Shown: positions 28,572-39,432, counted from the first letter of the stretch. The stretch: DNA of 64,000 nucleotides from Candidatus Dojkabacteria bacterium (GCA_040006935.1 JBDTVZ010000003.1:1102-65101); one strand, 5' to 3'. Notes: generated by a model not told the origin, from the letters alone. Numbers and translations are program-made.

Positions 28572-28897
28572 ATTTGAAATCTCAGAAAGTTAATAATTTG
28601 CAATGGAAGGATCAAAGGAAGTGAAAATAGGAAGATAAATATTAATACATTCGGAACAATAAAAATAAAACTAACTACACTACCACTTGCAATCCACCAT
28701 AACCTGATTATTATTCCTAAAAATTTCCCCAGGGATGAACTATCTTGATATAAAGGTTTTCCAAAATTCTTGGCATTAGGCAATGCATTGGTTACATTGA
28801 GTAGATAAGAAAAACGAAGCGTAACATGATCTCGAAAGAAACCAAGAACAAAAATTTGATAGTACCAAACAAAGAAATTTAGAATATATTCTTTCAT
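28568..28897 (-). CDS. small polytopic membrane protein (translationally coupled to the Clp-like gene)
   Basis: 109-aa hydrophobic ORF. Its stop overlaps the start of the Clp-like gene by 4 nt. First gene of the long minus-strand string. Confidence 0.45.
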   Translation of the reverse strand: MKEYILNFFVWYYQIFVLGFFRDHVTLRFSYLLNVTNALPNAKNFGKPLYQDSSSLGKFLGIIIRLWWIASGSVVSFIFIVPNVLIFIFLFSLPLILPLQIINFLRFQI

Positions 28898-29014
28898 TTA
28901 TAGAGTTTATTAATACGTCAATTGTACAGGAAATTCTTATGCTTTTGTATACACTACAATCCTTTACAGAATTTACTGAGAAAGGTATAATTCGGCTTAT
29001 ATTACATACTGATA

Positions 29015-29500
29015 ATGGAAATAAGAATTTTAGATAATATACTATTTGATGATTATAATGTTACAGAATTTACTGATAATCTTCAGTTGAACTTAGATAC
29101 CTTAAGCAAATTTCTTCCATTTAAAGGATTTAACAATCACGAAAGCACTTTATTAAACGCGCTCGCAAGTCTCTTACATAATTCTCACATACCTTTAAGC
29201 TCCTTAGGCCTAAGGAGTAATCCATTTACTGACCATATGAACTTTATAGGATTTATTCTAAACGATTCTATACAAGCAAGCGTTGAGTCTAATGAAGAAG
29301 CACAGGAGTTATTTTTCAAAATATTTAGAGATATCCGACAGTTCTTCACATTCATTGCTAAACATCCAGAAAGTAAACTTACAGAGGAACAACTAAACAT
29401 TGTTACCGGATTAATCCTAAAACCACTTAAAGAAATGGCAAAATTATTAGAAATTGATTCCGAAAGACCTTTACCTGATATAGCTGAAAATCAAGAATAA
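29015..29500 (+). CDS. hypothetical protein
   Basis: 161-aa ORF, divergent from the cluster. No motif recognised. Confidence 0.4.
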   Translation: MEIRILDNILFDDYNVTEFTDNLQLNLDTLSKFLPFKGFNNHESTLLNALASLLHNSHIPLSSLGLRSNPFTDHMNFIGFILNDSIQASVESNEEAQELFFKIFRDIRQFFTFIAKHPESKLTEEQLNIVTGLILKPLKEMAKLLEIDSERPLPDIAENQE

Positions 29501-29568
29501 AAAAGAGTCCCAATCTCTCAGGACCCTCTTCTCGTAACTCATTCACACATAATCTAAACCTCTCTAAT

Positions 29569-31218
<1,650 letters not shown>

Positions 31219-31243
31219 TTAAAAGATTTCAATTTAAGAAAAA

Positions 31244-31549
31244 TTACGCTTGAACAGCAATTATGTCAGATTCCTTCATTATTAAATAATTTTCACCGTC
31301 GATCTCTACTTCTTCCGGGGTGTATTTTTTAAAGAAAACTAAATCGCCAACCTTTACATTAAAGTGAATCACTTCTCCTTTATCATTAAGCCTTCCTGTT
31401 CCAAGTGCTGCTACTTCTCCTTTCTGTGGTCTTTCGCCCTTATTTGAGCTTTGAATTATTAAACCAGAGGCAGTAGTCTCTTCTTCTTTAGTTGGACGAA
31501 CAAGGATATACTCTCCTATTGGCTTTATTTTTAATGTCGATTTTGCCAT
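31244..31549 (-). CDS. groES: co-chaperonin GroES
   Basis: 101 aa. IKPIGEYILVRP...ASGLII mobile loop. Immediately upstream of groEL. Confidence 0.9.
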   Translation of the reverse strand: MAKSTLKIKPIGEYILVRPTKEEETTASGLIIQSSNKGERPQKGEVAALGTGRLNDKGEVIHFNVKVGDLVFFKKYTPEEVEIDGENYLIMKESDIIAVQA

Positions 31550-31573
31550 AGGTAAATATTTAATAAGTAAGAT

Positions 31574-31600
31574 TTAGCAGTTATAATAAACAGCTGCCAA
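31574..31600. promoter_or_regulatory. CIRCE-like inverted repeat upstream of groES
   Basis: TTAGCAGTT-N9-AGCTGCCAA has 9-nt arms (7/9 complementary) and a 9-nt spacer. The CIRCE consensus is TTAGCACTC-N9-GAGTGCTAA, so the left arm matches 7/9 and the right arm is more diverged. Confidence 0.4.
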
Positions 31601-31639
31601 GAATGTTAACAATTCCAATAAATTTCTGTCAAGGGATAG

Positions 31640-33685
31640 CTAATTTATCTTTATACTTACTCGCGAAGAGACTGAGGGAATTCTCTGTAAAAATTCTGGC
31701 ACAAATCCTGGAGTAAAATAAATTTTATAATCCTGTAAGTCACTAACATTATCAAAGTATTTTCTAGCATCGCTAAGGCTCTGCCCTTGAATATTGGATC
31801 TTATTTCTTCTTCTGTCACTCTGAGTCCAACTGATCCTTGAGATGAAATCGATAATGTATAACCTGTAGAATTCTTCTCAACTTTTTCTACTACTGGAAG
31901 TTTCAAATTATCTATTACAACCTGCGAACCACTTACAGGTAATTGATCATTTTGAATAAGGAACTCCCCTGCTTTTCTTAGATCATCATTTTTTACAGCA
32001 TAACCTGTAACTGACATTTCTACACTTAGGTTAAATGTTTTGTCTGATGGCGCCTCTGCACCTACAACGGGAGTTGAAGTAACACTTGTTTCCTTATACT
32101 CTATTGTCTCTGGAATTAGCATAGATCCAGCTGGGATTATATTCCTTAGTTTATTCTCAGCTTGTTTTTTAAGTTCTTCTATTTTATCAGCTTTTAATTT
32201 ATCAACATTATCTTGTGATACAACAATTATCGGTGTCGATGTTCCACCTTCAATTGCCCTTACCCTAGTTCCTCTAACATCACCTACATTGTATCCTTCT
32301 ATCACAAATCTAGTACTTGGATCACTTGATGCTACATTATATTCTGCACCTACATCGGTTGCTTCGATTGGAACATCCTGTACATAAAATGCATTTGTGA
32401 CTCCTCCAGAACCAACTGTTGCGGGTTCCAACGTAACTGCTTGAGTAAGAATATATACTTTACCAGAAGCTTCAGAAGTTGCTTTTGTACCCACGGGAAG
32501 ATTAATTGTTTGTTGAACTCTAATATTATAGATATCTAAGAAGCCTTTAGCTTTATCTCCTTTTTTACCGTCTCCAGTTGCTTGCCCAGTCCAAGATGAA
32601 CTTACTTTTTCTACTAATAATACCTGCGCTGGGATTTGAATTGGAGTTGTAGAACTATTAACTTCTGTTATGTTTGGATTTGTATCTACTTGCCCGGCAA
32701 TTGGAATTTCCTGAGATTTAAATCTTACTCTAACGTCTACGCTTGAGAATTCAAAAATTATCAAATACAAAAGGACAATTATTACCACTCCAGCAATACC
32801 ACCTCCAATCATCATTAGCTTTCTTTTTTTTGCTCGTGCTAAAGAAGTTTCTGGAGACTCATCTAAAGAAACTCTTCTATTTCTAGAAAATAGTTTAGAA
32901 AAGAAACTAGAAATACCGCTTTCGGAATTTACAACTCTTGTAAAATCCTTTCCAGTAAATTTAGTTCTTGGCGATGCATTTATAACTCTTTCTGTATTTT
33001 GCATAGTATTTAATTCTTCATTTTCTGAATTAGCCTTTATTTTAGCATAATCCTGGGTATTCTTATTAAATTTGCTTATGTCTCCTCCGCTCATCATTTC
33101 AATTCCATCCAAATCAATCACCTTTGCTTCGACCCTAGGTTTCTGATAAGTTTCTACTGCCTCTTCTTCTACAGGATTTTCTTGTACATCATCATTTTTA
33201 TATTCTTCTGTTTCTTCTACTGTATTAAGTTTATCACCTTTTTGGACATCTTGCTCAATATTTAAATTTTGAGTGTCCGAAATATTTTCTTCTACAATTG
33301 AATCTTCTTTCTCAGTTGAATCTGCAACTGTTGTACTTAGTTCTTTTTTCTTAGCAAGAAGTTTTTCGAGAAAAGTATCCATTCTATTTTTTGCAACTGC
33401 CCAGGATTCACCAGTAATTTGGCTAACTTTAGATGCAACCACAAACCCTACTTTCTCTGCTATATATATTCCGTAAGAATCCTCTGTTACAACTATTGAA
33501 GCTTTTCTAAGCTTAGCCACTTCTTTAAACAAAATTTTAATACTTATTGGACTACTAAGAATTAAAGCTCCTTGAGGAATAATAAAAACTACCTTAGTTT
33601 TATCTGAAGCCAATACCCTATCAATAACGAAAGTTATTTCTTCCTTCTGGTCTATAAATATTTTTTCTGCTGTTAGTATTGACAT
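31640..33685 (-). CDS. hypothetical single-pass membrane protein (large cytoplasmic N-domain, roughly 370-aa extracytoplasmic C-domain)
   Basis: 681 aa. TM helix MMIGGGIAGVVIIVLLYLIIF around residue 300. No family recognised. Confidence 0.45.
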   Translation of the reverse strand: MSILTAEKIFIDQKEEITFVIDRVLASDKTKVVFIIPQGALILSSPISIKILFKEVAKLRKASIVVTEDSYGIYIAEKVGFVVASKVSQITGESWAVAKNRMDTFLEKLLAKKKELSTTVADSTEKEDSIVEENISDTQNLNIEQDVQKGDKLNTVEETEEYKNDDVQENPVEEEAVETYQKPRVEAKVIDLDGIEMMSGGDISKFNKNTQDYAKIKANSENEELNTMQNTERVINASPRTKFTGKDFTRVVNSESGISSFFSKLFSRNRRVSLDESPETSLARAKKRKLMMIGGGIAGVVIIVLLYLIIFEFSSVDVRVRFKSQEIPIAGQVDTNPNITEVNSSTTPIQIPAQVLLVEKVSSSWTGQATGDGKKGDKAKGFLDIYNIRVQQTINLPVGTKATSEASGKVYILTQAVTLEPATVGSGGVTNAFYVQDVPIEATDVGAEYNVASSDPSTRFVIEGYNVGDVRGTRVRAIEGGTSTPIIVVSQDNVDKLKADKIEELKKQAENKLRNIIPAGSMLIPETIEYKETSVTSTPVVGAEAPSDKTFNLSVEMSVTGYAVKNDDLRKAGEFLIQNDQLPVSGSQVVIDNLKLPVVEKVEKNSTGYTLSISSQGSVGLRVTEEEIRSNIQGQSLSDARKYFDNVSDLQDYKIYFTPGFVPEFLQRIPSVSSRVSIKIN

Positions 33686-33704
33686 ATTTATTTAGTTTTA
33701 TAAC

Positions 33705-33735
33705 GGGATTGCTTCGCTTCGCTCGCAATGACACC
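33705..33735 (+). repeat. tail-module copy of the structured repeat (GGGATTGC...GCAATGACACC hairpin)
   Basis: GGGATTGCTTCGCTTCGCTCGCAATGACACC has ATTGC/GCAAT stem arms as in the tails of copies A and B. Confidence 0.5.
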
Positions 33736-33756
33736 TTTGAGATTCTCTCTTAGTTA

Positions 33757-34980
33757 TTAATTGTCTAGTATCATTCTCGCTAGTGCCAACGGTGCTACAT
33801 CTATAGGCATTGTTGCAGTTTTAGTTTTATCTGTAACATTACGTATTGCATTAGGAAAAATGAAATTTACTTTTGGATATTTTTTAAAGTTTAAACTTTG
33901 CATCCAAGGATAAGATATTAATTCCTCTTGTATTTGTGGAAGTAATGCTCCTCCTCCGCATAAGTAAATATTTGGTGGATACTCATTAACATCTTCAAAT
34001 TCTTCTAATGCAACTTCTACTCCACTTGCCCATATTTTAATATCATTTTCAAATGCTCTTCTTATTTCTGTACTTTCTGTATTTGTTAGTTTACCATCAA
34101 TGAATTTTAATTTTTTATCTTCGGCATCTTCGTAAGATAACCCTTTTTCCTTTTCTATTCTTCGTGAGAATACTCTCCCTCCAATTGCAAACATTTTTGT
34201 ACCCACAATATCTCCATTTTTTACAATAGCTACGTCAGTAGTCCCTCCTCCAATATCAATAATAATTCCGTTTGCATCATTTCGTCGCATGTCGTTCATT
34301 CCCATTGAAACGGCATAAGGTTCTACAACAATTTTTAATATATTTACTTTCAAAAGTCTTGCTATTTGATTTATTGTATCGATATGGACTCTTGGTGCGA
34401 ATGTTGAGAAAACTCGGTAAACTAATTCCGAACCTTTATAACCTAAAGCATTTAATACTCTTACACCATCTATGTAAACACTATTAATATAACTATCAAT
34501 TTCTACAAGTTGCTTGGAAGGAATTCCTAGCTCCTCAGATAAGTCTTCCTTTGTACTTTCAAATGTATGTTTCTTAACTTTTTGAATTATCTGTTCAATT
34601 TCCTTCTCAGTAATTTCAGTATCTGGACTTTCTCTTTCTACATTTACTAATATGTTTACTCCTTGGACAGATTCACCTGCAATTCCAATTATCATATCCT
34701 TAGGAAGTGCATAATCTCCTTCAAAATATTCTTTTGCCATTCCAATAGCTTCGCCAATTGATTTATCTAAAGCATCAACAACTTCTGTAATATCTAAAAC
34801 GAAAGCTGCATACATTGCACTACTTTTTTGTTTTACTCTGGTATAACCAATAATATTTACTTCTTTCTCTTCAACTATAAAAACTGCACACTTTATATAT
34901 TCTGTTCCAATATCGACCGAAAGGTAGCTTGGTTTTTTAGAAGAGTTCTGAGTTTTTACTTTTTTAAAACGTTCAAACAA
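33757..34980 (-). CDS. actin-fold ATPase, FtsA/PilM-like
   Basis: VDIGTEYIKCAVF and IIIDIGGGTTDVAIV phosphate-binding motifs, plus FAIGGRVFSRRI. 407 aa. No ftsZ is adjacent in this window. Confidence 0.55.
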   Translation of the reverse strand: MFERFKKVKTQNSSKKPSYLSVDIGTEYIKCAVFIVEEKEVNIIGYTRVKQKSSAMYAAFVLDITEVVDALDKSIGEAIGMAKEYFEGDYALPKDMIIGIAGESVQGVNILVNVERESPDTEITEKEIEQIIQKVKKHTFESTKEDLSEELGIPSKQLVEIDSYINSVYIDGVRVLNALGYKGSELVYRVFSTFAPRVHIDTINQIARLLKVNILKIVVEPYAVSMGMNDMRRNDANGIIIDIGGGTTDVAIVKNGDIVGTKMFAIGGRVFSRRIEKEKGLSYEDAEDKKLKFIDGKLTNTESTEIRRAFENDIKIWASGVEVALEEFEDVNEYPPNIYLCGGGALLPQIQEELISYPWMQSLNFKKYPKVNFIFPNAIRNVTDKTKTATMPIDVAPLALARMILDN

Positions 34981-35168
34981 TGGAATTTAAAGTAACAGTT
35001 AATCCTGAATAACTAAAGTTTCGAACTGGGATTACGCCCTACTATAATATACCAAATCTTCTTTATAATCAAAGTGTTTGAAAGTGTTTGTTAATTTGCA
35101 ATAATAATATCATAGTGATATACTAGCCGTATTTGATAACCCTAATTACATTTTAATTTCGAGTATAC

Positions 35169-35738
35169 ATGAAAATTCTAGCTACAGTTCCAGAAGTGTC
35201 GAACGACAAGATTTTAAAAACTTTTTTGGAAGCTGTAAAGATCTTAAAGAAACAAGGTCACAACGTAACCGAAATTAAAGCTGATAATTCAAAAAAATCC
35301 GCAGATTTAGCAAAAGCTTTTAATCAAATTGATAAATATATTAAAGATACTGATATTTTAATTACTGATGTAACTAACGCAGATAGCAAAGTTGGCTACG
35401 AAGTTGCAAGAGCATTGGATGAAAAGAAAGTTGTAATTGCTTTAGAAGAAGAAAAATCTAAAAATCAGTTTGTTGTTATACATGGGAATAAAAATAGACA
35501 AATTGTACATGCAAAATACAATGCAAAAAACATAGAAACAGTAATCGCAGATGTAGTAAAAGAAGCTTCCAGTAGATTAGACTCAAAATTCATTCTTATC
35601 ATCTCTCCGGAAATGGATAGGTATTTGAACTGGGCTTCAAAAGTTAAGAGAACACATAAAGCTCAAGTTGTAAGAACTGCTCTTGAGGCTTTAATTAAGA
35701 AAGATAAAGAATACAAAGATTACGTACAAGGAGAATAA
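35169..35738 (+). CDS. hypothetical protein
   Basis: 189-aa ORF. No secure family assignment. Confidence 0.4.
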   Translation: MKILATVPEVSNDKILKTFLEAVKILKKQGHNVTEIKADNSKKSADLAKAFNQIDKYIKDTDILITDVTNADSKVGYEVARALDEKKVVIALEEEKSKNQFVVIHGNKNRQIVHAKYNAKNIETVIADVVKEASSRLDSKFILIISPEMDRYLNWASKVKRTHKAQVVRTALEALIKKDKEYKDYVQGE

Positions 35739-35873
35739 TAAAATGAAGAAATGCTATTCTAATTTCTTCTGAATTGCCGCCAAGATTTTTCTAAGCTCTT
35801 TTATTTTTTACTGTACTCTTCGAATTCATTATTTTCTATATAATCACTATCCTTCAGTAAGTTAATCCAGAGG

Positions 35874-36077
35874 TCACTCTCTATGAGTTCTTTGTATGCT
35901 ATCTGCATCTTTAGATATACTACCTTGAGCTTCATAAATATTACCTCCTACAGAAGTACCACTTCTTAAAAGTTGTTTACTTAAAACAAATTCTTTCTTG
36001 GAAATAAGAGATTTATATAAAATGACAATTTCAAGCGAAAATTTATATGATTTATCTAGAATAGTGTTTTGTTTCAC
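35874..36077 (-). pseudogene. four-helix-bundle protein (TIGR02436-like) C-terminally truncated fragment
   Basis: EFVLSKQLLRSGTSVGGNIYEAQGSISKDADSIQRTHRE* matches the central FxLSxQLxRSxxSIGANIxEA motif of this family, then diverges and stops about 50 aa early. Confidence 0.5.
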
Positions 36078-36155
36078 CCCAGTATTTTCCTAGAAGTGGT
36101 GAGAATTAGCAATGTGTCGCAATACAAATTAGGGAAATTTCTTCATTCCTTCATT

Positions 36156-37358
36156 TTAGGAGTAGACTCCAATATCATCTGGAATAAATTGTCTAAAGTT
36201 ATCTTTTGTTATTCGGACACCTTTAACCAACCCCTGGACTATTTGCAGGGCTACTTTTCTAGCTAATTCGGTCAAAGTTCTTTCTAACTGCCTAACTCCT
36301 GCGTCAAATCCTAAAGGTCTAATTACTAAAGGCCAAACATCATCATCAAATGCAAGTTGATCCTCCTGCATGCCGGTTGCTTCCCTTACTTTTGGTAGAA
36401 GGTAATTTTTTGCAATCATCATCTTGTCATTGTCCGTATAACTCCCAAACCTAATTACTTCAAGCCTATCCAGAAGAGCCGCAGAAATTCCTCCGAGATT
36501 ATTAGCAGTACAAATAAACATTGCTTTGGATAAATCTACAGGATAATCTACATACTTATCCATGAAAGTCGAGTTCTGCTCAGGGTCTAAGATTTCTAGT
36601 AAAGCAGCCATAACGTCCGCTTTAGTTCCTCCAGAACTTGATATCTTTTCTATTTCGTCTAATAGAATCAAAGGGTTCATACTTTCTGTTCGAACCAAAG
36701 ACTTTATGATCTGACCGGGCTCTGCATTTAGTTGACCTCTTACAATACCTCTAATCTCTGTTACAGAGCTCAAACCTCCAAGAGAGATTCTCATAAATTT
36801 CCTATTTAATGCCAAAGCCATGGCCTTAGCAATCGATGTTTTACCAACTCCTTGGATACCTACAAAACAAAGTATTGGTGCGTGAGATGAATTTCCCTGC
36901 AATCTAGACATTTCATCAGAAGAATCTCCAACAGCACTCTCTGCTACTTTCCCTTGCTGGTTTTGAAGCTTTGTAACGGCTAAATATTCCATTACTCTAT
37001 TCTTCACTGGCTCAAGTCCATAATTATATTTATCTAAAACCGCTTTTGCATTTACTAAGTCCAAAGTTTCTTCTTGATATTTACCAAATGGAATTTGACT
37101 TACCCAATTGATATATTCTGATACTGGTTCAAACTCTTGAGAATAACCTCCTGTTTGAGCCATTTTTACAAGTCTGAATATCATTCCTTCTGCCTTTTCT
37201 TTGAGTCCAGTAGGCATTTGTGATACCTCTATTTTCTTCTTTAAAGCATCTATTTCGACGTTTAAATCCAACACTGCTGATGATGATGCGACTGGCGTTA
37301 CTGTTGGCTGCTGAGGAGCTGGTGTTACTGGTTGTGGATTTGAATTTACTGGTTCCAT
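36156..37358 (-). CDS. Lon-like AAA+ ATPase module lacking the protease domain
   Basis: LKEKAEGMIFRLVKM...YINWVSQIPFGKYQ...YGLEPVKNRVMEYLAV is the Lon middle region. Walker A GIQGVGKTSIAKAMA. RISLGGLSSVTEIRG, ALLEILDPEQNSTFMDKY, ICTANN and LLDRLEVIRFGSYT follow. The ORF stops at ...FIPDDIGVYS, exactly where the Ser-Lys protease domain should begin. Confidence 0.7.
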   Translation of the reverse strand: MEPVNSNPQPVTPAPQQPTVTPVASSSAVLDLNVEIDALKKKIEVSQMPTGLKEKAEGMIFRLVKMAQTGGYSQEFEPVSEYINWVSQIPFGKYQEETLDLVNAKAVLDKYNYGLEPVKNRVMEYLAVTKLQNQQGKVAESAVGDSSDEMSRLQGNSSHAPILCFVGIQGVGKTSIAKAMALALNRKFMRISLGGLSSVTEIRGIVRGQLNAEPGQIIKSLVRTESMNPLILLDEIEKISSSGGTKADVMAALLEILDPEQNSTFMDKYVDYPVDLSKAMFICTANNLGGISAALLDRLEVIRFGSYTDNDKMMIAKNYLLPKVREATGMQEDQLAFDDDVWPLVIRPLGFDAGVRQLERTLTELARKVALQIVQGLVKGVRITKDNFRQFIPDDIGVYS

Positions 37359-37518
37359 TTATTTATTTAAATACACTCTATTCTCAAGAATTAGCAGAGA
37401 TTTGTCAAGGATTACCTCACCCTGCCTCTTTAAGATATCTCTAAAATTTGAAATCTGCGGGCAGGTTAAAAAGAGGAGGGGGAATAAAAAAAGAGCCCTG
37501 TTTCCAGGACTCCTTTCA

Positions 37519-37563
37519 ATTATTAATGAGATTGCCTTGCCTTTCAGGCTCGGAATGACACAT
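37519..37563 (+). repeat. tail-module copy of the structured repeat
   Basis: AATTATTAATGAGATTGCCTTGCCTTTCAGGCTCGGAATGACACATTAC, compared with the copy B tail TAATTAATGAGATTGCTTCG...TCGCAATGACACC. Confidence 0.45.
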
Positions 37564-37567
37564 TACA

Positions 37568-38242
37568 CTATTTCTTCTCTTCTGCTTCAGGTGTCACGAC
37601 AGCTTCACCTTCTGCAGGGACTACAGGAATTGGATTTCCGTCTGCATCTAATTGAGGTTCAACTACTGCAATTTCTTCAACAATTTCCTTTTGAGGAGCT
37701 GCAATGTTTACAATGGCTGCGTTCTCACCAACACTAGAATCAAATTCTACACCTTCCGGAAGTTTCAAATCTCCAATATTTACTGCATCTCCAATGCTCT
37801 CCAGTTTAGAAAGATCAACATCTAAATGATCTGGTAAATCTTTTGGTAAACAATGTAGAGCAACAGAATCCATTATTGTGATTAAGAATCCAACATTTAA
37901 TTTAACTGCTGGAGCTTCTCCAAGGAAGTGAATAGGAACTTCTACTGTGATCTTACTTTCTTCATCAATCTGATAAAAACTTACTTCTAAAAGCTTGTCG
38001 GATACTGGTTCAGTAGCATAGCTCTTAACAAGAACCTTAGATGGTTTTGAACCCTCTACTTCTAAGTCAAAGAATTTGTTAAAGCCAACGTCTTTGAATA
38101 CTTTAGAAAATTCTTTTTTATCAATTTGAATACTTTCTGATTTTTTCTTTGGACCATATACTGATGCAGGAACAATTCCCTTTTCTCTCAAAGTCTTTAC
38201 CTTTCGTCCAGATATTTCTCTTTTTTGTGCTGTTAGCTTCAT
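37568..38242 (-). CDS. rplY: 50S ribosomal protein L25 / general stress protein Ctc
   Basis: N-terminal LTAQKREISGRKVKTLREKGIVPASVYG and the following beta-barrel region match L25/Ctc. Acidic C-terminal tail. Confidence 0.8.
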   Translation of the reverse strand: MKLTAQKREISGRKVKTLREKGIVPASVYGPKKKSESIQIDKKEFSKVFKDVGFNKFFDLEVEGSKPSKVLVKSYATEPVSDKLLEVSFYQIDEESKITVEVPIHFLGEAPAVKLNVGFLITIMDSVALHCLPKDLPDHLDVDLSKLESIGDAVNIGDLKLPEGVEFDSSVGENAAIVNIAAPQKEIVEEIAVVEPQLDADGNPIPVVPAEGEAVVTPEAEEKK

Positions 38243-38332
38243 AGTTTTGAATTTAAATTATATGCCAAATGCGGAGAATTATACTATAAACATAATCAGA
38301 TATACAAATGGAATTAAGTGTATTAAGACTTC

Positions 38333-39190
38333 TTATTCACTCTTTTTCAATTCTTTCTCCATATTTATTAGATTAATTCTATTCACATACAGCTGCTGCA
38401 ATACTCCAAAAGTACCTTGTGCAATCCAGTATATGCTTAATCCTATCGGGAATCCCCAAGCCCCGAATATTAATAATGCTGGGAATAAAATCATAGTCTG
38501 TTGAGTTGTTTGAGTTACAATATTGCTAAAATCGTCTGGAGAATTTGGATCTTTTTTCTTTTCTGTCTTCTTTTTTGTATCCTTAGAATATTTTTCTCTC
38601 AATTCTTTCATCTGTGCTTGACCTTTAAAACTCAACTTCATAGAAGCATATTGGATAACTCCAGCAAGTACTACAAATATTACATACGGAAGGATGACTA
38701 ATAGATTATCGAATCCTATACTACTCCCAGTTTTACTTAAATCTACAATTCCAAAAAAAGATGAATTGAATGTGTAATTATCTGCAAACCTAGGGATGAA
38801 ACTGTAAGCTAAATTATTAAAACTAGAAGCTCCTTGGCTGAAAATATCTCGAATAACGTGATCTATATTGATGAATAGTATTAACTGAATTATTAAAGGA
38901 AGGCAACCACCCAAAAGTGCTGGCATGTATTCAGAATTAGCTTTCATCAGTTCTTCATTTTGCTTTTGCTTATCGTTCTTATACTTTTCTTTAATCTCTT
39001 TCATCTTATCGTTTGCCTCCATATTTTTCCCTAACATTTGAGACTGTCTTACAATCACAGGAAACATTATCAGTTTTGATATTAATGCTATTGCAATAAT
39101 TGATAAGCCTAAATTCTCTGAGAAAAATCTATAGAAGACTACAATTAGATTATAAATTGGCTGGTAGAAGAAAATTGTAAAAATGTCCAC
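38333..39190 (-). CDS. yidC: membrane protein insertase YidC (short form)
   Basis: 285-aa polytopic protein with a conserved YidC/Oxa1 core (hydrophilic helix followed by 5 TM). Its C-terminus is basic, K-rich. Confidence 0.75.
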   Translation of the reverse strand: MDIFTIFFYQPIYNLIVVFYRFFSENLGLSIIAIALISKLIMFPVIVRQSQMLGKNMEANDKMKEIKEKYKNDKQKQNEELMKANSEYMPALLGGCLPLIIQLILFINIDHVIRDIFSQGASSFNNLAYSFIPRFADNYTFNSSFFGIVDLSKTGSSIGFDNLLVILPYVIFVVLAGVIQYASMKLSFKGQAQMKELREKYSKDTKKKTEKKKDPNSPDDFSNIVTQTTQQTMILFPALLIFGAWGFPIGLSIYWIAQGTFGVLQQLYVNRINLINMEKELKKSE

Positions 39191-39394
39191 AAGGTATTAA
39201 GTAATCTATAAATAAATGACTCCCTATGATAGCACAAGCAGTTATATTGAATTACAGAAACTCTAAATCCTAAGTTCTAAATTTCAAACTCTAATATTCA
39301 AATGTTCTAAGTTTTGGATTTGAGTATTAGAATTTTTGAGATTATTTGTTTAGGATTTAGTGTTTAGAATTTAGAACTTAAATAAAAAAGCCAC

Positions 39395-39432
39395 CACGAA
39401 CGTGTGATGGCCTTTTGGTGGAGATGACCGGT
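39395..39432 (-). terminator. intrinsic terminator (minus-strand reading)
   Basis: Hairpin GCCATCACACGTTCGTGGTGGC (7/8-bp stem). On the minus strand it is followed by TTTTTTATTT. It lies between the upstream ORF-free region (and comF) and the yidC promoter region. Confidence 0.5.

Noticed and set aside
36156-37358. Calling the Lon-like ORF a complete Lon protease
   Set aside because: There is no Ser-Lys protease domain downstream in any frame. It is annotated as an ATPase-only module or truncated gene.
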